64,000 nucleotides of DNA from Podarcis gaigeae (Eukaryota). The translations under genes and the position numbers were made by a program. Location of the stretch: the NCBI GenBank assembly GCA_964106915.2, contig OZ066927.1; one strand, 5' to 3'. Below, one piece after another: positions 39,861 through 52,372 of the stretch (position 1 is its first letter; each line of letters starts with the position of its first letter). The notes below the pieces were generated by a model. It was not told the DNA's origin. It saw only the letters and a program-made list of their open reading frames with translations, and did not search any database.

Positions 39861-42259
39861 TAAAAGAAGTTTAGATGAATTTGTGGAGGAGAAGGCTATC
39901 CACAGCTATTGGCCATGATGACTGTGCTCTGCTTTCATTGTCAGATGCCGAAATTATTCTGAATGTCAGTCATTGGAAGCCACAGGAGGGGAGAGTGCCT
40001 TTGTGCTCAGGTCTTGCCTGCAGGTTTCCCACAGGGATCTGGGTGGCTACCATGAGAACAGAATGCTGGACTAGAGGGACAAAATTGTCACAAAGCCCAT
40101 GTCCAATGCTACCATCTTATGACGGCGGATTCCATAAATTATGTGTTGCATTAACTGGATTTTTTTCTTCCTCTGTCATTCTTATTAGTAATGGTGACCA
40201 AAAGTTATATTAGGTGTGTAGGTGCCATCCATCTTTCTTCTATCCACTAGACCTTAATGCATTCAGAAGACGACTGATCCCCTTTCTCCTTTTCGCTTAC
40301 ACATATATTAAATGTTCTCCTTTTAATCCTGCTTCTCCTAAAGGGAAACGAAAGGTATCGTCTTCCCTTTCAACTCTGTTAACCTTTTATTCTGCTTATC
40401 TTTGCAACGGCCTTCTCTGCTAGTATAAAAGGACAGGGCAGTGGGTAATTGGGTAGGTTTCTCTTCCCCTCCCCTCCTCAGTCCCGGCTTTTTGCCTGAA
40501 TGACAATGTATGCCTTAATGGGTTTAACTAGACAATTCAAGCGTAAAATCCATATTCACTGGCCTGTCATTTAACATTTTTTTAAAAGGGGGCAAGGGGC
40601 TTGTCCAGGGGGATAGGCGGTCAACCATACTAATGCCATTCCGTGTGTCTGCAGATCACCCTATAGTTGATATTTTACAAAAGAACTCACTGTTCTGTAA
40701 AGGCCTTTTGCTTTTTAACCACCCAATGTTTATCCTGTTTCAGTTTTTCTACCCACAAGATTTCCTCGGCTAGGTTTTGTATCCGACTCCTTCAAAATTA
40801 TAATAAAAATAAATAACTAGGGAGCCCACTCTCATGTTAACCTAGCCCGGCCTTGTCCAACCTGATGTGCAGAAGTGTTGAACTATAACTCCCATCAGCC
40901 CCATCCACACAGTCTGTCAGGGAAATTGGGAGTTGTAGCTCATAACAAGGGGGGGGCGCATAAGGTCCGGGAGAAGAAAAATCCTCTCCACTGTCCCAAA
41001 AAACAATGCCTCCCTGGACATGGGAAGATAGGAAGCTGCCCTTATATCGAGGCCACATTCACTTCATATATTTAAACCACAATGATGCCGCTTTAAACAC
41101 TCATGGCTTGTCCCAAAGAATTGTGGGAGCTGTAGTGGGAGCTGTAGTTTGCTAAAGGTGCTGAGAGTTTTTTAGGAGACCCCTCCCCTGCAGAGCTACA
41201 ATTCCCAGAGTATGATAGCAATAAGTCTATTCTCACAGGGAACTCTGTGAGTGATCCTAACAACTCTCAGCACCCTTGACAAAACTAACCAGGTCCCAGA
41301 ATTCCTTGGGCGAAGCCATAACTGTTAAAGTGGTGCCATAGTGCTTTAAATGTATAGCGTGAACGTGGCTCTCCAAGGCTTCAGTCAGGGGTTTTTCTCA
41401 ACCCTAACTGTAGACTCCAGAGATTGAATGCGGTGTCTTCTGGATACCAAACAGATCCTCTGCCCCCACCCCAGTTATGAATGTGGGCAAAACTCCTCAG
41501 AGATTCTGGGGCCCCAGTAACTGCCTGAGGGTGCCTTGTGGTGGCGCTGGGCCTGTCAGTCTCCATTACTATGGGATTAAAGTAAACACTGAAATTACAG
41601 TGGTATAATTAGAAGAAGAAGAAACCCATTGGAATTTCTCACTCCCTTGAATTGGCAAATAGACTTAGCAGCTTCGGAAATAATTGCAAGAGACAGAGCG
41701 TCCCTTCTGTTGCCTTAGGGGCAAACTGGGTCTTTCACTGCGAGGTCATTTTCACCTATGGGCACATTGCAACTTCCAAATAAATCAGCGGTAGTAGACA
41801 GAGAGGAATTGGCTTGGTTTGGGGTGGTTGTCTTTTCTTTTATTACTTTTACTATTTCCTCACATTAATTGGTGGGAGATTTTGACCTTGAAATCACCAC
41901 CACCACATTGGGAAATTTATCTGAGGGGGGAAAGGACCCTGACTGGAGATGCAACTTTAAATGCAAAACAACAGAATTAAATATGATCTCCTCCTCCTTC
42001 AGGTGCTCCTTCCTGTGGCGTTTTTCAGTGTTGGTGTTATAAAACCACTTTCCTGTTCCAGAAATCTAAAATGCAATGACTGTCCCAGGCTATCTTCTAG
42101 AATTGTCATTTTTAAATAATTAATAGGGAAATTTTCCTCAAGGTTAATCCCCTCCCCACTACAGCAAAACACACACACACCCAAAGAAAAACACAATGAG
42201 AGATCTTGTAATAATAAAAAATACCAAACACGTCAATTAAATTATTAAAACAGCAGCCA

Positions 42260-42283
42260 AAGAGAGAGAGAGAGAGAGAGAGA
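42260..42283. repeat. (AG)n microsatellite
   Basis: Direct reading. Confidence 0.9.
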
Positions 42284-42293
42284 AAACAACGTA

Positions 42294-42672
42294 CAGTTGT
42301 GCCTCGCAAGACGAAAAGAATCCATTCCTCGATTCTCTTCGTCTTGCGGTTTTTTCGTCTTGCGAAGCAAGCCCATTAGCGGCTTAGCGAATTAGCGCTA
42401 TTAGCGGCTTAGCGGATCAGCTGATAAGCGGCTTAGTGGCTTAGCAGATCAGCTGATTAGCGGCTTAGCGGATCAGCTGTTAAGTGGCTTAGCGGATCAG
42501 CTGTTAAGCGGCTTAGCGGATCAGCTGATAAGCGGTTTAGCGGCTTGGGAAAACTCGTCTTGCGAAGCAAGCCCATAGGAAATTCGTTTTGCGAAGCACC
42601 TCCAAAAGGGAAAACCCTTTCATCTAGCGGGTTTTCCCTCTTGCGAGGCATTTGTCTTGCGGGGCACCACTG
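42294..42672 (+). mobile_element. Tc1/mariner MITE family D with internal minisatellite
   Basis: CAGTTGTGCCTCGCAAGAC...GTCTTGCGGGGCACCACTG, TA TSD. Confidence 0.87.
42376..42546. repeat. Minisatellite, ~24-bp unit TAAGCGGCTTAGCGGATCAGCTG(A/T) built on an 8-mer TTAGCGGC
   Basis: Direct reading; ~5 full units plus partial units. Confidence 0.9.
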
Positions 42673-42793
42673 TATTCGATTTTAAAATGCATTGACACAG
42701 CAGCTTAATAAAATCTCCTCTGTCTTCCTAAAATTCAACAGAAAAGGGGTCGGCATAACTTATTTTGGGGAGGGAGCTTCATAATCTTGGTAC

Positions 42794-43119
42794 CAGGACT
42801 GGATTTAGGTTTGATGAGGCCCTAAACTGCTGAAGGTAATGGGGCCCTTTATATGTCCAGCTGTCCTTTGTCAACAAATTGTCACTGTTTTTTTGTGTTG
42901 AATATATGCTATATGGTAATTTATGAACCTAATAGGTATCTAAAGCCCTTTGCACATAACAAAATATGTATTTTATCAAAGTAATTGTTGAACTTATCTT
43001 ATATTTTTGGAAATGTACATCCAGTGTTTTTTTTTTCCTTTAAATTTTTTTTGGGGGGCCCCCAAGAGAGTGGGGCCCTAAACTATAGCTTGTTTAGCTT
43101 ATACATAAATGCGGCACTG
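42794..43119 (+). mobile_element. hAT-type non-autonomous element
   Basis: Imperfect TIR CAGGACTGGATTTA / TAAATGCGGCACTG; 8-bp TSD CTTGGTAC / CTTGATAC. Confidence 0.7.
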
Positions 43120-43455
43120 CTTGATACCCTTTTCGTATACCATTTAAGAGTCTTTTTGGCAAAAGAGCAAGGTATAAATGCTGCAAATAAATAAAATAGT
43201 AATAACACACAGACCAGCAATTTTCAAGCGGTCCACAGAGAAAAATGGTTTGAGAACAAGTGCAGTGCACTGTGTGATCTCTTCAGCCCATATGCTTGTA
43301 ACCATCTCTTAATGTGCTTGACTCCATACATTTAAGCATTCCTACCCCCACTTTAACTATAATTTGTTAAGGGTGTTAGGAATGGTAGCTCTGTGAGGTC
43401 GGCACCCTTAACAAACTACGGCTCCCAGGATTCTTTGGTGGAAACCATATCATGA

Positions 43456-43725
<270 letters not shown>

Positions 43726-45454
43726 TAGTATTTTATCAGGTTTGTTGGTCACACCGTCGTAAGGCTGGATCCAGCCGGTTTTTCTTACGTTCTCATGTGT
43801 GAGAGTTGGGGTCCATCATTAACTGGAGGACACCAGGCTGACAGCTTCTGCTCTATCCCATACTGTCTGCTCTACCTGACAGCAGCTCTCCATGAGTTCC
43901 GGTCACTGTCGCCTGGTCCTATTACATTTCTTTTTTAAAAGATGATGCCAAGGGTTGAATCTAGAACCAGCTGCCCTTCCCTCCCACAGAAGCTCCATCT
44001 GGTGTTTCAGTCTATGGTGTATCTAGAGATTTGAACGTTAGTTTTTTTAAATAATCTAGTTCAAGCTCAACATGTCCAGAAAGGAACCAATGCAAGTTCG
44101 CCTTCATCCCTTTACATAACAAGCTAGTTCAGTTCACAGTTCAATTCAAATTCAACCAAATGACCCTCCCCCCTCCAAAAAAACAACAACCCCAACATGC
44201 AGAATGTTACTGGCTGCTGTGCTGAAGTATAAAATATAATTAAAGAAGGCTAAGAAGATATCCAAAAACTCATGCACACAGTGGAATGTGAATTGTTTAC
44301 TTATAGCTTGGTCAGCAGAGCATGAGTCATGGGTTTGAGTCCCACGTTGGGCAAAGGATTCCTGTATTTCAGTGGGTTGGACTAAATCTGACCCTCGTGG
44401 TCCCTTCCAACTCTACAATTCTATTATTTTTTTGGCTCATCTTTTCATTCTATGATTCTATTTTTCCTCAAAAACTATGATCTTGAAGCTTAAAGGCCCA
44501 AAGTGTCTGAAGCATAAAAAAACCCCACACATGTAAGAGAATGAACTTGATGATGAACTGGAAATCGGTCAAAGTCCTGCCCCAAAATGAATTTAGTTCA
44601 CATTCTGTTCTCAGCAATTATGGCAGCTATATGTTCAGGCATAGTCCAGATATTCTTGAACTCATTCAGTAAACTTCATTAAACCAAACTAGTTCATTCC
44701 AAACACTGGTTGGACGGCTCCCACTTGCACAAAGGAGGTCCCAGGTTCAGTCGCTGGCATTTTCAGTTTTAAGCATCTCAGGTAGCTGGGTTGCCCAACA
44801 AGTTCTGGAGGGTCCCTGATTTCCCACCCCCTGCCCAAAAGTAAACCTGTGTTCCTGGTGAGAATGCTTCATGCATTCCAGGCATTCTGGCTGCAAATGG
44901 AGAGAATAAACATAATTGGAGCCACTCCGAAAGCAAATTTGACGGGTGGTGTTGACTTTTCAGAAGGCATGTTGCACCTTTTGATCTCGGTGCTTTCAAG
45001 CTTGACACTTTCTATCCCTCTATATAAAAAAAAATGTGCAGAAAACAAAGAAGGCTTTTACAGTCTAACAGAGCGGTGTTAGAGAAACACATAAATCATG
45101 AGCAGCATCCCAGTTCAGCCTGTTATAGAAAAATGTTAGAGCCCCCTATCACCAGCATCCACTTTCCCAAACTCTTGTTAACATATCATGGCTTCCACAG
45201 ACACCAGTGTACCCACCAGTGAGTCCTGTGGTGTTCACAAAAGGTCTGAATAAATATCCCCTCAAAAATGCTCAAGAGATGATTTGCTTTCCCTGCTCAT
45301 TTCCTGTTTGCACTGACTCAGCCTCTCTTACATTGAAGCTTTTATGTCATGCCCCCATGGCAGCCATTTTAAGTTATGGCACCTGTCAGGCACCCACCCA
45401 CCCATGGCAGCCATTTGTGTTATGCCAGGCTCAAGGCAGCCATTTTGTGAATGA

Positions 45455-46078
<624 letters not shown>

Positions 46079-46944
46079 TAAGTTCAGAGTTCCTTCAGTC
46101 TACAGCAGGTGGCAAGTACCTCTTCTCCTCCATGCAGCTGAGGTCTACATTCCCTCTGGGCTAATCTGTCAGCAGCTGCAAGCCAACGGGGATCATGAAG
46201 CTGATGGGCGCAGGACAGAGTCAAAAATGAGGAGGGAGTCCCCTTCTCCCTATTTCTCTCTTGCCAATCTCCAGTCTCCATTTCTCTTTCTCTTCAATAA
46301 TATCCTTTTCACTCTCACTCACTCACAGATTGTGATTGCACCTTTCAGCTTTATTTATTTATGTAGAAAACAAGGGTAGCACCTGTCTAATATTTAATCG
46401 GAGGGAATTCCAGAAAAGAGGTGCCATAGCATTAAAAGCCAGATTTGTATATCATGAGGTGTGGAGCCTGCAGGAGGCCGTGTCCTGCAGAGCACAGTGA
46501 TTGATTGGGTATATAAGGGGCAAGATGGATATTTTAGGTATCCTGGTCCCAAGCTGTACTGTAGAGGAGTTTATACACCACAACCAACACCTTAAACATA
46601 GCCCAGTAGCTAGCTGGCAGCCAGTGCAATTTTTAAAAGTTTGTGAGTCTGGGAGCTGCCATTTAAATTTCCCACAGGACCCGGAAATGCCAAATCGCCC
46701 CAAGGGGTTGTGGTGAACGTAAATGGCAGCTCTCAATAGCTCTCAATTAACTGCTGCGGATTGAGAGTCCTTGCTCTCCGGGGTTCCATCTCGGTGCCCT
46801 TCGCCATGCCCCCCACCCCACCCAGGCTTAAAAGCAGGTTTAAGAAGTAGTGCGGCACATCCTCATTCCAATGAACTCAACGTCACTGTAGCTGTAAGAG
46901 CCTCACCCATTGCCAGACCACTAACTCTGTTTTTCCGCAGCTAA

Positions 46945-47247
<303 letters not shown>

Positions 47248-47471
47248 TGAAACTACCATGGCTCCTACTTCCTAACTGAGGCCAGATCTGCCAGATATGG
47301 ACTTCTCCACACTTTCATTTGACCCCCATTTTGACTGCACTGTGTTGTGTACCAATTCATTCCCCTGGGTCCCAGAGCTTTTCTCACTGTTCTTGAGAAA
47401 ATCCAATCTTGCTCGGAAAATTCTTATCAGGTGTGTAGAAAATTCAAAGAGAGATGTTGCTTAACCCATTT

Positions 47472-47623
47472 GCCCTGTGGATAGCTCAGTCGGTAGAGCA
47501 CGAGATTCTAAACCTCAGGGTTGTGTGTTCAAATTCCACCTTGGGCAAAAACAAAACCTGCATTGCAGGGGGTTGGACTTGATGACCCTTAGGATCCCTT
47601 GCAACTCTATAATTCAATGATTG
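47472..47623 (+). mobile_element. tRNA-Lys-like-headed SINE with CR1-type tail (relatives ~44300-44460 and ~8785-8920)
   Basis: GGATAGCTCAGTCGGTAGAGCA head followed by gggttggac...gaccc...caactct..aattc tail. Confidence 0.75.
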
Positions 47624-50600
47624 TAAGCGTCAATTCAGCAGGTAAGATCAGATTTTCTTAGCCTGCCAAGGAATTTCTTAGCCTGCCAAGAGGATGTTTC
47701 CTTGTAATAATTGCTTTAAATTTTTATTGATTCCATTTAATCCCCACCCATCCTTCAAGGTGTTCAGGATTGCGTGCATAGTTCTCTCCCACCCCCAACA
47801 TTTTATCCTTCCAACAACCCTGTGAGGTAGTCTGGGAGAGTGACTGGCCCAAGGTCATCCAATGACTTCGATGGCTGAATTGGATTTTAGTCTCCCTGAT
47901 TTCAGTCTGACTCTGTCAAGTGCTAAACTGCTCTCATCCTGAGCCACACATTCTTTGCAAATGGCACAGCTGCCTAAAGCTATTTATTTCATCATTTTTT
48001 CTTGCTAAATCACAAATTTTAATTAAAGCCCGCACAGCTAATTGAACAAATTTTTGTTCGTAGTCATTATGTCCTGGCCTATAAATTCTGCATTTTCTTT
48101 GGCAATTGAGAGAGGCTTAGGTAGGCTTCAGTGTTTTTAATGGCATGTGTGGCAAATCGGCGACATTAATGTCCTATTAAGGAGATGGATGCCGGTCTTG
48201 TTCTGTTTATTGAGATATCGGTGGACTGAATTGCCGTTTTCATGTCCTGACAAATGATCGCACCAACTGTATTTCTTGGGATTGGCAATTCTTCTGTTGT
48301 TTTGCTGGTGTGAGGACATCTCGCAAGTTAATGAGAAACGCACATGCAAGATAACAGCTGAAATAGTATGTCTAGGTTTTGCTTGCAGTATTGTCACAAG
48401 CGTCAACCTAACCTATTAAAAATCCCATTGGTTGAACTCAAATTGGGGGCTGGCACCAATGGTCAACATTGTTCAGTATCCACCAAGGCCTACAGCTTTC
48501 CCAGGGGCCCCCATTTGGCCCTACTGCTGCTGCAACTCCTACTTACAATTGCTGCCTGCTCACCTGCCTTCTCCAAGAATCAGCAGCCTCAGGACTCATT
48601 TTTCAGGGGTCAGAATTGATGCTCATCCATTAGCATCAGAGCCTTAAAAATTGGACCAGGCCGATACATGTCCTTGGCAACAGTCAATCATATGATCGAT
48701 TCCCACAGAAAGCAGGGTTGAAGTCACTGCCTTGCAGCTGATGGGAACTTGATTACCCTACAGAAATCAGCTTTGCAAGCCCTATACTCAGTGCTCAGCA
48801 AGCAGCTCCCATGTGCCTGACAACTAGCTGGCTGTTGGAAAGCACCCAGCCACTTTAACTAGTGGTTGGGGCAACACATCTGTCAATCATCAGATGCCAT
48901 CATGATGTCAGGCCAAGCAGGTGATTGTCCCACCCACCAGTCAGAATTGGTCTGCGGGGGTGACGATCAAGAAGGTTCCTGCCTACCAAGCCAAAAAGGT
49001 TTCCCATCCCTGGTAGTGACAGTAGTGAGCCAGATAAACACTATTTTGTTCACTGGGGCACAGAGATGGGGAGCCTATGGTCTTCCAGATGTTGCTGGAC
49101 TACAGCTCCCATGACCCTTCATTGTCAGCCGTGTTGGCATTGGCTGTGGCTGTTGGGAGTTGGAGCCCAACCACTTCCACAGGGTGGCAGTTTCCCAGTA
49201 GGAGGTTAATTCCATGTGACGTAGGTATCACCTCTTCATTTGTGTTTGTGCTTTTGGTTTTTGAGAAAGATGACATCCGTCCAAAGGGAAAGAGAAAGAT
49301 GGACTTGGATTTCATTTAGGCATTCAGGGACTTCTGCACTAAGCCTTATCGGCGGAACTCGAAAAAAGTTTGTTTCTAGCCTCGTTAGCAGTTGCAATTC
49401 ATCACAGAGAACAAAGTGAACTGGGCGGCAGGCAATTAGTGTCTTCTGTGTGGACCTAATGGTCCCCGTTTGTGGTGAGCAATGAGACACAAGCTAGTAA
49501 TCAAGGCATAATTTATCTTGGGCAAATTTTAAGTGCAAACCCAAGCAGGGACCGGAATAAGTGATGCAAAAGCTGAGTAGGGAGTTAAGGAGCACCCTTT
49601 CCCCCTCCCCCAACCTCTTCAGAGGAAAACTGCAAGTGAGTGGAATCTCTGATGGCACAGAAGTACAAGGGGATGAATGAGACACAGTGGTGATCAGCCT
49701 GTCTGCAGTACAGAAAGTGGTGACTTTGGGAGTTTAAATGCTTAGCAGAAGTGAACTTGATGCAGAATCTCTGTTGCAATCACACTGGGACTGAGTTTAG
49801 AAAAGTAAGAAAGCTACCGTTATTGCAGGAAATGCATGCTTGATAGGACAGGTCCTAGTCCTGACCAGCTGAGGTGGAGAATGCAATGGGCCATGCTTAA
49901 CTCTTGCATCTCAGCAGGAGAGAGACCAAGTTGGAGGCAGTAATTCTTCTGAATGCCACCTGCTGGAAGACAGGGTGCTGTTGCGCTCAAGTCTTGCTTG
50001 TAGACTTCCCATAGGCATCTTGTGGACCACTATGAGAACAAAATGCTGGACTAGATGGACCACTGACCTGATCCAGCAGGGCTGCACTTACGTGAACTGC
50101 ATGGGGGAGGCAAAAAGCTAGTGAGTAACTGGGTCTCAATCTGCGCATTCGTCCAGGAGGTGTCAGTCAGCTGACAGTCGGGCCTTCAAATCTCCACACG
50201 CTGCTCTCTGCAAGGATCACCCACCAGCGGCTCAGTGGTGCTTGCAGAGAGACCTGAGTCTGATCTGAAGGCCCAAGAATCTGCTTTTGTCACCAGTGAA
50301 GGCATCGTCTCTTTGGATTTGTGCCTTCTGTACCTTCTCCCACCTTCTTCCTCCTTGTGTGTGTGTGACCTGGGGAGTTCATACTTCGCTGATTACAAAT
50401 ACTTTCAGCAACCGGTGCATGCCACATTTAACTGCAGTTACTTGTGTCCCTGTTGCCCCTTGGATAGTAGCAAACGATTACAGCTATCTCAGGCATAGCT
50501 GAAACATTGGGGTGATGGGGAGAGAACAGCCAAGAAAATGTAAAGTCTGTTCAATGTTTGTGGTTGGTTGTAAATCAGTGTAGTTCTATATAGAAACTTG

Positions 50601-52038
50601 TTGTTCTGTGATTCTTCCCTTCATTCCTGCCACCACTTACTGGGCGTTAAAAAAAGAATCAGTTGAAGCTGTTCCAGGTGGTGTCAGGCTGAGCAGGAAA
50701 CCTGCAGGTAACATATTACAAGCATCGGTGCTTTAGTTCCAACAAGAATTATGAAGGGTCCTCAGAAGTAATGCCGTGGCAAATGTAGAAGTGCAGGTCC
50801 CCTTCATGATAAGTCACAGCTGTGACCCCCTCATAGCCACACCCCTTTCTGAGACTATACAGTTTTCTATATTTATACAATGATCCTATGATTTTGCATT
50901 AATAATAATTAAGGATGCATTGCAATGATGCACTGGCTTTCTACTAGATCTACTATTTTCTGTGCATATATAACTGGGGCAGATGGGGCTTGTCAACCTG
51001 AGAAGGTAGCCCATCCCATCTAGGAGAAGCAAAACTCTGATCCTGAACTTCCACTGCCTTGTGGGATATCTTTGTGAGAAGAACAAGCTAAGGAGTAAAC
51101 CCTAAGAGTCCCTAAGGCAATAGGGTCTCCTGCAGCCAGGCTGGTGCCAGACGTATTGCTCTGCTTTCCTTTGGATCACATGAGCAAGAATGAGAAGGGG
51201 GTCTTGTTGTCTGGGTAGCCCAGGGCCTCCATACACTCTGCCTTGGCTTGCTCCTCAGAGAGGTCATTTCTGTGCTGTTAATGCAGCGGTTTGGCTTCAT
51301 CCCCAGAGGTACACTCCATTGTCTCTTGAGACAGACAGATGCCAACAAAATCATTTTGAGTATTTCAGGGGAAATCAAGCTGTGTTTCCCTTGTATGTCA
51401 CAGAACTTGCACACTAATCTCTTGAAACTCACACACCTTGTGTTTCCGGCATTCCTAAATGCTTAGCTTTAGAGCTACAGAACAGAAGAGCTCCACCTCC
51501 TCAATGTTATTGCCACTTGCCTGTTCCAGAGTGACCCTAGGAGCCAGTCCTCAGGGACTGACTTGCCTCCTTTCAGTCTGGCTCCAGTGAGCACAGAAGG
51601 TGAAAGCACTTCTTCTCAGTTGCGCAAAAGCTCCCCCTTCATGCAGATTGGGTGGCCCCGGTGTGCTGGAGATGAGGACCCTGCTGCAGGAATAGTAATT
51701 GTTCTTTGACTCCCTGCGACCCCACAGAACCCCATCTCTGGTCCCTAGCATTGAGACAGAGATTGCATTCACAGATGCACAGGAAGGGTGGCTACTGGCT
51801 GCCTCCGTCAATCATTTAGCTCCATTTATCTCTCCCTTAGAAGATAATTCCCCCCCCCAAAAAAAAAAAAACCAAAAAGCAGTGGGATGGAGAGCAGCAG
51901 AGCAACTCAGGACCCAGGACCTTATAGCAGCCATCCAACGTGGCAATTACAAAAAAGAACAAAATATGTTGATTTTTAAAGCAGTTGGTTGTTTCTTTCA
52001 GTGTTACCTGATGTGCAATGCTTCTGTTTACACTTCAG

Positions 52039-52372
52039 ATTGGAACCGACTGGGATGCTAAGGAGAGAATATTCCGGAACTTTGGGGGACTCATTGGGCC
52101 CATGGATGAGCCAATCGGCATGCAGAAGTGGGGGAAGGGCCCCAATGTCACTGTTACTGTCATCTGGGTGGACCCCACAAACACCATCGCCGCCACGTAT
52201 GATATCCTAATAGAATCCAGCGCAGAGTTTACTCACTACAAGCCGCCGTTGAATTTGCCTCTCCGCCCAGGAATCTGGACTGTTAAGATCCTGCATCACT
52301 GGGTCCCTGTAGCGGAAACCAAATTCCTGGTCTCTCCTCTGACATTTTCTAACAGGCAAAGCATCAGGCAAG
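52039..52372 (+). CDS. XYLT1: XYLT1 exon 11 (334 nt): [17 protein letters not shown]...FSNRQSIRQ
   Basis: Acceptor tttacacttcag|ATT, donor CAAG|gtaagt; DWD motif, Xylo_C domain. Confidence 0.96.

Noticed and set aside
42376-42546. CRISPR-like array
   Set aside because: Head-to-tail tandem units with no unique spacers, inside a MITE in a vertebrate genome; no cas genes
47472-47547. Functional tRNA-Lys gene
   Set aside because: Anticodon and acceptor stems are degenerate and the sequence runs into a LINE-derived tail, so it is a SINE head
47654-47690. Tandem duplication TTTCTTAGCCTGCCAAG
   Set aside because: Ordinary local slippage duplication with no evidence of function
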